Shown here piece after piece: positions 33,430-42,908 of a DNA stretch of 64,000 nucleotides (positions are counted from its first letter, which is position 1; each line of letters starts with the position of its first letter). A program made the position numbers and the translations under genes. The notes beneath the pieces were generated by a model. That model had not been told where the DNA came from and ran no database searches. It saw only the letters and a program-made list of their open reading frames with translations. This DNA comes from Abditibacteriaceae bacterium (GTDB lineage: Bacteria; Armatimonadota; Abditibacteriia; Abditibacteriales; Abditibacteriaceae). The stretch spans positions 288,001 to 352,000 of the forward strand of contig OZ255721.1 of assembly GCA_965277285.1 (NCBI GenBank), given 5' to 3'.

Positions 33430-33496
33430 GTAGGGGCTTGGCGTGCCAAGCCCGAATTGTTAACGGTGGTGCGGACTTGGCACGCCAAGCCCCTAC
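33430..33496. repeat. GTAG-family REP doublet (REPIN)
   Basis: gtaggggcttggcgtgccaagcccg ... cggacttggcacgccaagcccctac. Confidence 0.88.
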
Positions 33497-33513
33497 AATA
33501 AATGCCCGCCTAT

Positions 33514-34920
33514 TCAATTCAAAATGTTCGGCAATTCATCAACCGATAGGTGGCGCACGCCCCATTTTTGCGCGCCCTCAGACGAACCGCAGAAAAGGCG
33601 CGGCGCGTTTCCTGTTTGTGTTTCATACTTTTGGGCGATCTCATGAATTACGGTTTCGACATTGGGATTCTGCGTTTTGTCGCACAAAATGGCGACGGTT
33701 CCGCCTGCGCCGCCGCCCGTAATTTTCGCGCCTAAAATGCCGTTTTTCATTCCGGCTTCGCGGCACAGTTGCACGATAAAATCGGTTTCTGGCGAACCCA
33801 AATTGCAGCGATGTTCATAGGAAAAATGCGATTGAATCATCAAATCGCCCACCGCGCACAGCAAGGGAAACCGTGCTTTCGGATTGTTTTTGGCGGCTTC
33901 CATCAACGCGATGAAACGTTCGACTCGCGCCTTTTCATAAATCGGATGTTCGGTCGCCAGGCGAATCGAGTACTCGAAATCGGCTTCGATTTGCGTCACT
34001 GCATCGCCGTGATTGTCGTAGAGTTGGAGAAAATCACGTCCGTGCATTTTGGCGGGAAGCCCTTCGCGCACGCTGCGCCAGATGTCGGGCGCAATGTTCG
34101 CCAGATACTTTTCGCCGTTCGCGCCGCGCATTTCACGCGGCAAAAGATCGAGCAAAATGCGGCGTCCCATAAAGGCAGCGCAACGTGCGCGACGGTACGC
34201 CGTGCCGCCAACCGAATGCTTGACACGCGAATCTACTCCCCAAATCTGCACGCCTGTGGGCAGCGAAATTGGCGGTAACATTTCGTGTGGCTGACACAAG
34301 AGTTGAAGCAGTTGATTTTGTTGCCCCAGCGTCACCGTCAATTGATCCATGATGCCGCAGGGCGCGCCCGCGATCTGGTTCTCCACTCGCTGGCACAAAC
34401 GCGCGATTTCAATTCCGTCCAGGTGAATATCGAGCGCCGCGCAAAACGCCTGCATCGCTGCGACTTCCACGCTGGCTGAGGAAGAAACGCCCGCACCGCT
34501 GGGAGCATCGGACGAAATCCACAACGCGGCGCCGCGCAAAAGTTGCAATCGCGGCGGCGTTAAATAACCGCTTTCTCGCAAAATCGGCAACGCGCCCGCG
34601 ATGTAAGACGCCCATCGAGTACTCGATTCGCGTGCGAAAAAGCGGCGCGCTTCATCCACGGAAAAGGAAAGCAGTTGCGACAGCGAAATCTCGAAGCGCG
34701 GCGTCCAACCTTCCGCGATTGCGTTCGCGCTTTCGACGAGCAAATTTCCGCCATCGTTGAGTTGCAGTCCGCAAAACGTCGCTTCTTGCATTGGCCATTC
34801 GAGGCAAAGGCCGCCCGAATAATCGGACACGCCGCCCATCAAGTCCAATCGTCCGGGCGCGCGAGCGAGAAAAAGTTCGCGTGCGTTGTCGAAAAAATGA
34901 GCGGGAAAGTTGGGCGTCAC
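33514..34920 (-). CDS. GHMP sugar kinase (galactokinase/arabinokinase-like)
   Basis: RAPGRLDLMGG.SDY, PSGAGVSSSA, CGIMDQ, GAKITGGGAGG; GTG start follows a TAAAAT element. Confidence 0.88.
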   Translation of the reverse strand: MTPNFPAHFFDNARELFLARAPGRLDLMGGVSDYSGGLCLEWPMQEATFCGLQLNDGGNLLVESANAIAEGWTPRFEISLSQLLSFSVDEARRFFARESSTRWASYIAGALPILRESGYLTPPRLQLLRGAALWISSDAPSGAGVSSSASVEVAAMQAFCAALDIHLDGIEIARLCQRVENQIAGAPCGIMDQLTVTLGQQNQLLQLLCQPHEMLPPISLPTGVQIWGVDSRVKHSVGGTAYRRARCAAFMGRRILLDLLPREMRGANGEKYLANIAPDIWRSVREGLPAKMHGRDFLQLYDNHGDAVTQIEADFEYSIRLATEHPIYEKARVERFIALMEAAKNNPKARFPLLCAVGDLMIQSHFSYEHRCNLGSPETDFIVQLCREAGMKNGILGAKITGGGAGGTVAILCDKTQNPNVETVIHEIAQKYETQTGNAPRLFCGSSEGAQKWGVRHLSVDELPNILN

Positions 34921-34989
34921 AGTGCGCAATTTTAGCAAAGTGCTTGTGGCATTGCGGATGAACAATTATAAAAGTCGCTGATCACAGCT

Positions 34990-35409
34990 TTAGAAAGTCT
35001 CTTGCTCGCGTTTTCGTATCTCTGCGAGTTCTGACGGCGTGAGGAATTTCTCCTGACACTTTTCGATGAGTCCTGGCGTGCGTTGGATTTCTTGTAATTG
35101 CAGGAGCCATAAACCAAGTCGTGGATTTCTATACCGCCATTGATGTACGCGGCTACAACCCCAGGTGTGGTTATAGCGAGCCGTGTACTCTTCGGGCGAT
35201 AAAGATTCAAAAGGAAATCGTTTGAGAGCGTCTCTTTCTTGTTGTTCATCGGCCAACTTTCTCTCTTGCACAAAGGCTTCATAAGACTTTTCTTGTTCCT
35301 TCGTGAAATGCGGCAAGGGTTTTTGGAATTCGCGCGGGACATTGTTTTTCTGTGCCCACTTTTGAACTGAAAGCATTGAAAAGAGTGTCCTAATAAGTTG
35401 ACTTCGCAT
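34990..35409 (-). CDS. Hypothetical protein (AT-richer orphan)
   Basis: 139 aa ORF; start uncertain. Confidence 0.5.
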   Translation of the reverse strand: MRSQLIRTLFSMLSVQKWAQKNNVPREFQKPLPHFTKEQEKSYEAFVQERKLADEQQERDALKRFPFESLSPEEYTARYNHTWGCSRVHQWRYRNPRLGLWLLQLQEIQRTPGLIEKCQEKFLTPSELAEIRKREQETF

Positions 35410-35530
35410 ATTCGGATTATAATCGCTCTTCGTCCTTAGAACGCCAAGACTGCGTTGTTTGGTAACAACATCTTCAACACCTTCTTGCTAAACTGCTCGC
35501 GTTGTAAATCTCATTAGAAAGTTTTAATTT

Positions 35531-37468
35531 ATGCCCGTTTATCTTTCGACTTCGGTTCTGGGAAACGCCCAGACGCTTTTGACTCTTGGCAACTCCGGCG
35601 AAATTATGGCGTGGTTTTATCCGCACAAAGACCATGCGCAACAAATTCACGAATGCTTGTCCGCCATCTACATCGGCGAACCGCATCGCGGCAACCTGCA
35701 CTGGACTTATGGCGATGAATGGTCGCGCCATCAATTTTACGACGGCGACAGCAACGTTCTCATCACCGAACTGACGGCGCATTTTTGCGGGATGCACATC
35801 CGTTTCACCGACCTTGTGCCGCCAGATGAAACCGTTCTGCTGCGTAAAATCGAAGTGAAAAACATCGGCACGGTGCGCCTTGTCGCGGGCGTGTTCCATT
35901 ACGGCGATTGGAATATGGGCGGCATTCGCATGGGCAACGGCGTGCGCTTCGACCGTCCGGCGCACGCGATTGTGCAAAGTCACCGCGAAGCCGCGCTCGT
36001 TGTTGCTGGCGATGCTGTGGGAAGCTGGCAATGCGGCAAAGCCGGAACCGAGTGGGGCAGCAACGCGCGCGCCGATTTGAACGATGGCGCGCTGGATCAT
36101 CAAGACTTGGAAATCGGCGATGTCAACTGGAGTTGCGGCTTCAATATCGATTTGCACTCCGGCGATTCCGTCACCAAAACCCTCGTTCTCGCCCTCGCGC
36201 CGCATGAACAAAACGCGCTTTCGACCGCGCATCGAGTACTCGATAAAGGTTTTGCGCATTATGAAACATTGCGCCGCGAAGAAGATAGCGCGTGGTTGGT
36301 CAACGGTTTGAAATCGTTGAAAGCGACCAAAGGCGATACACAACTTCCCGAAGATTTGAGCGCCGCTTATCGTCGCAGTTTGTTGTGCTTGCCGCTCTTG
36401 TGCGGGCGCGAAGGCGTGGCGGTCGCGGCGCCAGAGTTCGATCCCGAATTCATTTCATGCGGCGGTTACGGCTACCATTGGCCGCGCGACGGAGGCGAAT
36501 ACGTTTCCGGCTTAATGGACGCTGGTTACGAAAAGTTTACGGCGCCCTTTTTCGATTGGTGCGCGCGCCATCAAGACCCAAGCGGCCTGTGGCATCAGCG
36601 TTATTTCTTGAACGGCGCGCCTGGCCCGAATTGGTGCCTGCCGCCCGATATGTTGCAAATCGATCAGGTCGGCGCGGTTTTGTGGGCTTTGGGCAAAGTG
36701 CAAAACAAGAAGTTTCGCCCGACCAAAGAACACCGCGAAATGACACGATTAGCCGCCGATTACCTGCTTTCGCGCCTGACAGAACGCGGCGTTCATGGCA
36801 ACGCTTTCGATACGTGGGAAACCTTTATCGGCTCGTTCACCTATTCCAACGCCGCGATCTATGCAGCTTTCGTGACGGCATATCGAGTACTCGATGACGA
36901 GAAATATGCGCAAGCCGCGCAAACTGTGAAAGCTGGTGTGCTCAAAGAATTCGTGCGCGAAGATAGCAGTTATCCGTATCTGGTGCGTGGTTTCGACGCG
37001 CAGGGACAAAGCGACGCCACGGTCGATTCGGCTTCGCTGGGCGCCATTGATCCATTTGAATTGCTCGATTTGAACGACGAGCGCGAACTGCAAATCGCTG
37101 AAGGCACCTTGCGCGCCATCACCGAACGTTTGGATGTCGAGTGGATGGGCGGACGCGCCATTCGCCGTTTTGAAGGCGACGCGTATGTTGGCGGCGTTCC
37201 GGCCTGCGTCAACACGTTGTGGATGGCGCGTTGTGCGATCAAAGTCGCCAATCGCTTGGACGAAATCGGTAGGAGCGACGACGCCACAGCCTTGACCGAA
37301 CGCGCACAGGTTTATTTGCAAACCGTTCTGCGGCGTGCTACGGCCACGGGACTTTTGCCCGAACTGATGCAAGGCCCGACAGGTCAACCGTATTGGGCGG
37401 CGCCGCACGGCTGGGCGATGTCATCATTTGTTTCGGCGACGCTGGCTTTGGCGAAACGCTTGGCGTAG
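35531..37468 (+). CDS. GH15 glucoamylase-family glycoside hydrolase
   Basis: YGYHWPRDG, QIDQ, DTWE, GLLPE, PHGW motifs. Confidence 0.9.
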   Translation: MPVYLSTSVLGNAQTLLTLGNSGEIMAWFYPHKDHAQQIHECLSAIYIGEPHRGNLHWTYGDEWSRHQFYDGDSNVLITELTAHFCGMHIRFTDLVPPDETVLLRKIEVKNIGTVRLVAGVFHYGDWNMGGIRMGNGVRFDRPAHAIVQSHREAALVVAGDAVGSWQCGKAGTEWGSNARADLNDGALDHQDLEIGDVNWSCGFNIDLHSGDSVTKTLVLALAPHEQNALSTAHRVLDKGFAHYETLRREEDSAWLVNGLKSLKATKGDTQLPEDLSAAYRRSLLCLPLLCGREGVAVAAPEFDPEFISCGGYGYHWPRDGGEYVSGLMDAGYEKFTAPFFDWCARHQDPSGLWHQRYFLNGAPGPNWCLPPDMLQIDQVGAVLWALGKVQNKKFRPTKEHREMTRLAADYLLSRLTERGVHGNAFDTWETFIGSFTYSNAAIYAAFVTAYRVLDDEKYAQAAQTVKAGVLKEFVREDSSYPYLVRGFDAQGQSDATVDSASLGAIDPFELLDLNDERELQIAEGTLRAITERLDVEWMGGRAIRRFEGDAYVGGVPACVNTLWMARCAIKVANRLDEIGRSDDATALTERAQVYLQTVLRRATATGLLPELMQGPTGQPYWAAPHGWAMSSFVSATLALAKRLA

Positions 37469-37597
37469 GGGCACGCCTTAAAGCGTCTTTGTAAAGCCCC
37501 GCGCGGTAGTAATCGTTGTATCAAAATAGCGCGCTTCAATCTTTGCTTTATGGCAGCCTATTGAGCCGATATGTTGTTCATATCCGTTGTTACAGAC

Positions 37598-37646
37598 AAC
37601 AAAACGACAGCGAGTACTTCAATCGAGTGCTCGCTGTCGTTTTGTT
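37598..37646. terminator. Hairpin between convergent genes containing palindrome-like halves
   Basis: caaaacgacagcgagtact-tcaatcg-agtgctcgctgtcgttttg. Confidence 0.7.
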
Positions 37647-37668
37647 GGATAGTGCGCCTTCAAAGGCA

Positions 37669-38283
37669 TCACGCTTTAGTGCAGCGACAATAACGGCGGT
37701 GCGCGCGGCGGTGAGTACGAGTGACTTTGCGGACACTAACTCTACGAATGCTGACTTTGCGAACACACGGTTTACGGATAGCGACTTTGCTCACACTAAC
37801 CTTTCGGACAGCGACTTTGCTGCTGTAGTTACTGTAAGTATAGATTTTGCTGTTGTTGGGCACGTAGTTGTTGGGCACGTAGTTGTTGGGAATGTAGTTG
37901 TTGTCGTTTCGGCAGCCATCACTGCGGTCGTTGTCGACGCGACTGTCATAGTTACGACTGTCATAGTTACGACTGTCATAGTTACGATTGTCGTAGTTAC
38001 GATTGTCGTAGTTACGATTGTCGTAGTTACGATTGTCGTAACTACGGCCACGGTCACCATCACCATCACCATAGCTGCGGTAACTACGGCGGTCGCCGTC
38101 GGGACGGCGTTCATAACTCGCGTCGTTGTCGTCCCGACCTTGCCATCGCTGTCTGTTATCTTGTCCTCTGTCGTCGCGTTCATCTGCTAATGCAGGCCGG
38201 ATACCGCTTGCAACAGCGCTCAAACCTAACAATCCGAACAGTCCGGCACTCAGCAGAGCACCGCGGCTTTTGATGTTTCTCAT
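37669..38283 (-). CDS. Secreted low-complexity protein with YDNRN/YVPNN pentapeptide repeats and a basic tail
   Basis: AAGGAG SD, signal peptide, (YDNRN/YDSRN) x about 7. Confidence 0.7.
   Translation of the reverse strand: MRNIKSRGALLSAGLFGLLGLSAVASGIRPALADERDDRGQDNRQRWQGRDDNDASYERRPDGDRRSYRSYGDGDGDRGRSYDNRNYDNRNYDNRNYDNRNYDSRNYDSRNYDSRVDNDRSDGCRNDNNYIPNNYVPNNYVPNNSKIYTYSNYSSKVAVRKVSVSKVAIRKPCVRKVSIRRVSVRKVTRTHRRAHRRYCRCTKA
37941..38045. repeat. 15-bp tandem repeat x7 (coding VNTR)
   Basis: gactgtcatagttac x3, gattgtcgtagttac x3, gattgtcgtaactac x1. Confidence 0.92.
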
Positions 38284-38648
38284 GACCTTCTCCTTGAACC
38301 TTGCACATCGAACCATAAGCGTCCAGTTCAATCATGCGACTTACTCCATGCAAGACGAAACGAGAAATAAATTGTTTGCCAGAACTATGTGAAGATGTGT
38401 CAATTATCTTAGTGAGCTACATCTTGGTGAGCTATATCAAGCGTAACAGTGGCCAACACGAAAATTGTCTTTCGACGCCACCGCTCAATGTAATGCCTCA
38501 AAGCGCGGGTTGTCATTGAAAAACTTTATAGAAAGTGAGCAAAAAGCCTACGAACTCGCAGTACGTCATTCTGACAGTGCCCGCCATTACGCAAGACTCA
38601 CTGGAACCTCTTGACATAACACACGTTTAATCGTAGATTAACGATAAA

Positions 38649-38972
38649 GTGATGAAAACAACAAATTGCGACGACGAGGTTTTGGAAAGCGGCGTGCCGT
38701 CGCATGAGGACGATGCCGAAGTCGCGCGTTTGGCGGCGGCCTTGGGGCATCCAGCGCGGGTGGCGATTTTGCGTTTGCTGAAGCAGCGTCAGGTGTGCAT
38801 TTGCGGCGAGATCGTCGAGCAATTGCCGCTGGCGCAAAGTACGGTTTCGCAGCACCTCAAAGTCTTAAAAGACGCCGGATGGATTCAGGCTGAGGGAGAC
38901 GGCACACGCGTCTGCTACGAAATCAAATCCGATGTCGCCGAACGCTTCGCCACTTTGATTCGTGATCTTTAA
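38649..38972 (+). CDS. ArsR/SmtB-family transcriptional regulator
   Basis: ALGHPARVAIL, CICGEIVEQLPLAQSTVSQHLKVLK. Confidence 0.92.
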   Translation: MMKTTNCDDEVLESGVPSHEDDAEVARLAAALGHPARVAILRLLKQRQVCICGEIVEQLPLAQSTVSQHLKVLKDAGWIQAEGDGTRVCYEIKSDVAERFATLIRDL

Positions 38973-39047
38973 CTTATTTCAGTGCTCGATTTATCGTTTA
39001 TCGTCGATGTTCGATAAAACTGTTTAGTGGCAAGCGTGATGGCTGAA

Positions 39048-39138
39048 GTTGTCGTATTTGTAAGGGCTTGGCGCGCCAAGCCCGCACGCCTCTCATCAAC
39101 GCGGGCTTGGCACGCCAAGCCCCTACAAATATGACAAC
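39048..39138. repeat. GTAG-family REP doublet (REPIN)
   Basis: Same REP as 33430-33496, with arms extended to about 38 bp. Confidence 0.88.
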
Positions 39139-39178
39139 GGTTCTGAAACTCTAAGACGACGGAATTGTTTTCAACGAA

Positions 39179-40645
39179 TCAATTTGGTGCGAGCGTGCCG
39201 CCGGAAAGCAGGCACCAAGTCGCGGCGTCGGGTTGTGACGTGGCAGGCCAGCCATTGGCATTTTGAAAATAATATAACGCGAATTTTGTGGCGTTATCGA
39301 AGTGTCCTGAAATTGATAGAGGAATGGCGTCCCAGCCATAAGCGGGCAGGGCGGCATTCAGCAAAATTTGCAAAGTGCGCGCGGTTTCGCGTTGTGTCGC
39401 GGGTTGCAGCGAGGCGACCAGATGTTCCCAGGCCGCGTTATCGGCGCAGCCCGAAACGCTCAAATGTTGCGCGCGTTGAAAAGTGCGTATGGCGCGTTCG
39501 GTTTGCAGGTCGAAAGTGTTGGAAACGCTGATGTTAGCGCCGCGAATACGCAACAGGCGCCGCAGAACAACGACGGGCGTGCCGTTGGAATTGCGTCCAA
39601 GTTGTGGCCAGCGTCGCGCGCGTCGCGGGACACGAACGGGAAACGCGGACGTGTCCCGCGCGCGGTTTTGTAATTGTTGTAGTTGCAGGCTTTGCTGTTG
39701 ATACGACGCTTTCAGTTTCGAGTACTCGATTTGCGTGGCGCGCCAGTTTTCGAGGGCCGTTTTGGCGTTTTGCGCCGATTGTGCAGCGCGTTGCTGGGCG
39801 TCGTCGCGTTCAGTTTGCAGGCGCGTGCGGTCTTGTACGATTTGGTCACGTTCGGCGGTCAGCGCATCAATGGCGCTTTGCAAATCGCCTTGCTGTTGCG
39901 CGGTTGCGGCGTCCTGTGCGCGACGTTGTTCGTTGGCTTGGGCTTGATCGTCCTGGGCGCGCTGTTGCATCGCCAGAGCGTTTTGCTGTGCCAGATCGCG
40001 TTCATTTTGCAATTGATACTGATCGTTTTGCGCGGCATTGAAGGCGTTCTGCAAGGCGAATTCGCGCTGTTGCTCATCCCATTGTTGTTGCGCCAGCGCA
40101 GCTTCAGCCTGGCGGCGCTCTTCGCGCTCGCGCTCCAAACGTTCGCGCAAACGACGGCGTTCGCGGGCTTCGCGTTGCTCATCGTCGTTTGGTGTGGGGC
40201 GCGGCGTCGGACGCGGTGTGGGTTGTGGTGTCGGATAAGGTGTCGGTTCGGGCGTTGGTTCCGGTGTTGGTTCCGGTGTTGGCTTGGGACGGCGCGGCTG
40301 CGGAAAAAAGAACGGCGCCTCGCCAGGAGACGGATTTTGCCGCGACGAATCGGCAGGCGGCGTGTTGGGAGTCGGCTCGGGCGTTGGTTCCGGCGTAGGA
40401 TTGGGCGTCGGACGCGGTTGGTTTTCTGGTTTGTCTTCGCGCGGTTTGCGACGACCTTTAGAATGTTCTTCGTCCGAATCGCCGTTGCCCGAATCTGCTG
40501 AAGGCGCAGCAGGACGAGGGAAATTACCGAAACCGTTTCCAGCCTGCGCACGAAGCGTCGGAAAAATGCACAGGGACAACAATACAGCGACAACAGCAAC
40601 AGACGTGCGGCGCGGCGAAGGCGAAAAGAATGGTTTCATTGACAT
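39179..40645 (-). CDS. Secreted Pro/Thr-rich coiled-coil protein with C-terminal peptidoglycan-binding domains
   Basis: Signal peptide, PTPE repeats, Gln-rich coil, FDLQTERAIRTFQ and FDNATKFALYYFQ PG-binding-like motifs. Confidence 0.75.
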   Translation of the reverse strand: MSMKPFFSPSPRRTSVAVVAVLLSLCIFPTLRAQAGNGFGNFPRPAAPSADSGNGDSDEEHSKGRRKPREDKPENQPRPTPNPTPEPTPEPTPNTPPADSSRQNPSPGEAPFFFPQPRRPKPTPEPTPEPTPEPTPYPTPQPTPRPTPRPTPNDDEQREARERRRLRERLEREREERRQAEAALAQQQWDEQQREFALQNAFNAAQNDQYQLQNERDLAQQNALAMQQRAQDDQAQANEQRRAQDAATAQQQGDLQSAIDALTAERDQIVQDRTRLQTERDDAQQRAAQSAQNAKTALENWRATQIEYSKLKASYQQQSLQLQQLQNRARDTSAFPVRVPRRARRWPQLGRNSNGTPVVVLRRLLRIRGANISVSNTFDLQTERAIRTFQRAQHLSVSGCADNAAWEHLVASLQPATQRETARTLQILLNAALPAYGWDAIPLSISGHFDNATKFALYYFQNANGWPATSQPDAATWCLLSGGTLAPN

Positions 40646-40790
40646 TTCTCCACAAAATTGCGCTCCAGACGCGCGGCTCGAACGGGAGTTCGATCAGAAG
40701 GGTACGAAGCGAAAGTTTAATTGAGTCACAGTCCGTTGCGTTGAAGGCGAAGGCGGGCTGCGTTAAGCTGAAAACGGTAAAGGTGAAACT

Positions 40791-42125
40791 ATGGAAAACA
40801 ACGGCAATATTCAACCACAAAACGGCGTTTCGAGTACTGGAAACGAAGTTCGCAACGTTATCATTATTGGCAGCGGGCCAGCAGGTTATACCGCCGCGCT
40901 TTATACGGCGCGCGCGAACCTCAATCCTCTGCTGATTGCGGGCAATCTCGACCCGAAAACCTCGCGTATCAAAGGCGGACAGTTGATGTATACCAGCGAC
41001 ATCGAGAACTTCCCGGGCGCGATCACGGTTCCCGAAACGGATATGGACACGCTGGACAATCTTTACGGCGAGGCGCAGGACGCCGCGATTGCAAATTTGC
41101 ACGGCGTTTCCGGCCCCAATTTGATGAAAAGGATGGAGCTTCAAGCGCGCCATTTCGGTGCGGAAATGATCGAAGAATTTGTCGAGCAAGTCGATTTTTG
41201 CTCCAATCCGTCCAGCCTTTACACGGTGAAGTTGGCCGATGGCCGCGAGTTCAAAAGCCGCTCGATTATCATTGCGACAGGCGCCGCGGCGCGCACATTG
41301 GGTATTCCCGCTGAGGAAAAGTTTTTCGGTCAGGGCGGCGGAGTTTCGACTTGCGCGACGTGCGACGGACATTCGTATCGCGGCAAAACGGTGGCTGTTG
41401 TCGGCGGCGGTGATAGCGCGATGGAAGAAGCGTCCTATCTGGCGCGCTTAGTGGAAAAGGTGTATCTGATTCATCGCCGCGATGAGTTTCGCGCTTCCAG
41501 AATCATGTTGCGACGCGCGCAGGAAAATCCGAAAATCGAGTTTTTGCTACATTCGCAAATCGTTGACATCACCGGCAAGCCGCATCCGCAGGCTGACAAA
41601 ATCAAGTTTTTCGCGGGCAAGGAAGTCGTTGGCGGCGCGATTTTGGAAGATACGCGCGATTCGAGTACTCGAACCATTGAACTGGACGGCATTTTCGTGG
41701 CGATTGGCCATACGCCGAATACCGATTTGTTCAAGAACCAGTTGAGAATGGACGAAGCCGGTTATCTGGAGCACGACAAGCATTTGCGCGCGATTCCGTC
41801 GATGCAATGCGCCAATCCCGAAATGCGCCGCTTGGAACACATTCCTGGCGTGTTCGTGGCGGGCGATGTGAGCGATCACGTTTATCGCCAGGCGATTACG
41901 GCAGCCGGAATGGGCTGTCAGGCCGCCATTGAAGCCGAGCGTTTTTTAGCTGAAGCGATGGTTTCGGAAAAAGGTTTGCCCGCCGAAGCGGTTGATATTT
42001 CCAACGAAAGCATCGCGCAAAGCCATTGGAGCAGCCAGCGCGAAAACGGCGAAGGCACGATTATGGAACGCGTCGAAGAAGTCGTCGAACGCTGTGAAAT
42101 CGCCAAGCACGAAGCGGCGAAATAA
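40791..42125 (+). CDS. trxB: Thioredoxin reductase
   Basis: IIGSGPAGYTAA, CATCDG, GGGDSAMEEA, YRQAITAAG. Confidence 0.93.
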   Translation: MENNGNIQPQNGVSSTGNEVRNVIIIGSGPAGYTAALYTARANLNPLLIAGNLDPKTSRIKGGQLMYTSDIENFPGAITVPETDMDTLDNLYGEAQDAAIANLHGVSGPNLMKRMELQARHFGAEMIEEFVEQVDFCSNPSSLYTVKLADGREFKSRSIIIATGAAARTLGIPAEEKFFGQGGGVSTCATCDGHSYRGKTVAVVGGGDSAMEEASYLARLVEKVYLIHRRDEFRASRIMLRRAQENPKIEFLLHSQIVDITGKPHPQADKIKFFAGKEVVGGAILEDTRDSSTRTIELDGIFVAIGHTPNTDLFKNQLRMDEAGYLEHDKHLRAIPSMQCANPEMRRLEHIPGVFVAGDVSDHVYRQAITAAGMGCQAAIEAERFLAEAMVSEKGLPAEAVDISNESIAQSHWSSQRENGEGTIMERVEEVVERCEIAKHEAAK

Positions 42126-42187
42126 TTTACCGCGAAGGACGCCAAGGGCGCAAAGAAAAAGAGGGTCGAGTACTCGAAAGTTGTCAT

Positions 42188-42257
42188 TTTGGTCATTCTG
42201 AGTGCAGCGAAGAATCTTGTTGCAGGTAGATTCTTCGCTGCACTCAGAATGACCAAA
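42188..42257. repeat. REP-like hairpin, same family as 1391-1464
   Basis: tttggtcattctgagtgcagcgaagaatct ... agattcttcgctgcactcagaatgaccaaa. Confidence 0.88.
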
Positions 42258-42286
42258 CTCTTGCTTTCTCGCACCTCTGAAACGCA

Positions 42287-42730
42287 ATGAAGTTCTTTCT
42301 CAATAATTGGCGATTGATGTTTCATCTTGCGTTGGCGTTTGTTATTTTGCCAGTTGCTTTGTGGCGTCTTGATAACCGATTAGATTTTTTGGTGATGCCC
42401 TGGCCGTACTATATTTTTCCAAGCTTTATTTTGTGGCTTGGACTTTTCGTTTTGTATTTCTATGTTGAATATTTAAGGTGCGGTCACTTCATTTATCAGG
42501 ATCATGGCAATAACCTTGTCTATAAAGAACGAGGCAACGGAAACCTAAATTTCTATATCACCTTGAGATATGACGATGAGGAAGTTGGAGGCGCCGATAT
42601 ACATGTAAAATCGGATGATAGATGGAGAAAAGAAATGCCTGACTGGGCAAAAGAGCGCAAGCAAGAGATAGTACAACGACTGCGAAAGAATTCGTTGGAA
42701 GTTGACAGAGTTCAATTCATAGAAATATGA
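42287..42730 (+). CDS. Hypothetical membrane protein (AT-richer orphan)
   Basis: Two TM helices and a soluble C-terminal domain. Confidence 0.65.
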   Translation: MKFFLNNWRLMFHLALAFVILPVALWRLDNRLDFLVMPWPYYIFPSFILWLGLFVLYFYVEYLRCGHFIYQDHGNNLVYKERGNGNLNFYITLRYDDEEVGGADIHVKSDDRWRKEMPDWAKERKQEIVQRLRKNSLEVDRVQFIEI

Positions 42731-42908
42731 AGCACGCGCTTTCTTTTCCTCTGCATCTCTGCGGTGAATCATTGAAGCATGAAACGCAAACGCAACATCT
42801 TGCAAGGTGACAAAAGCGGTGCATCGCGTCATATTATGGTAGGTATTTTTAAGAACGTGATTTCGAGTACTCGATATTCATAATTTTAGGGTGGAGAAAG
42901 CCAATTCG

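Noticed and set aside
37941..38045. Possible CRISPR array
   Set aside because: Contiguous 15-bp units with no spacers; a coding VNTR
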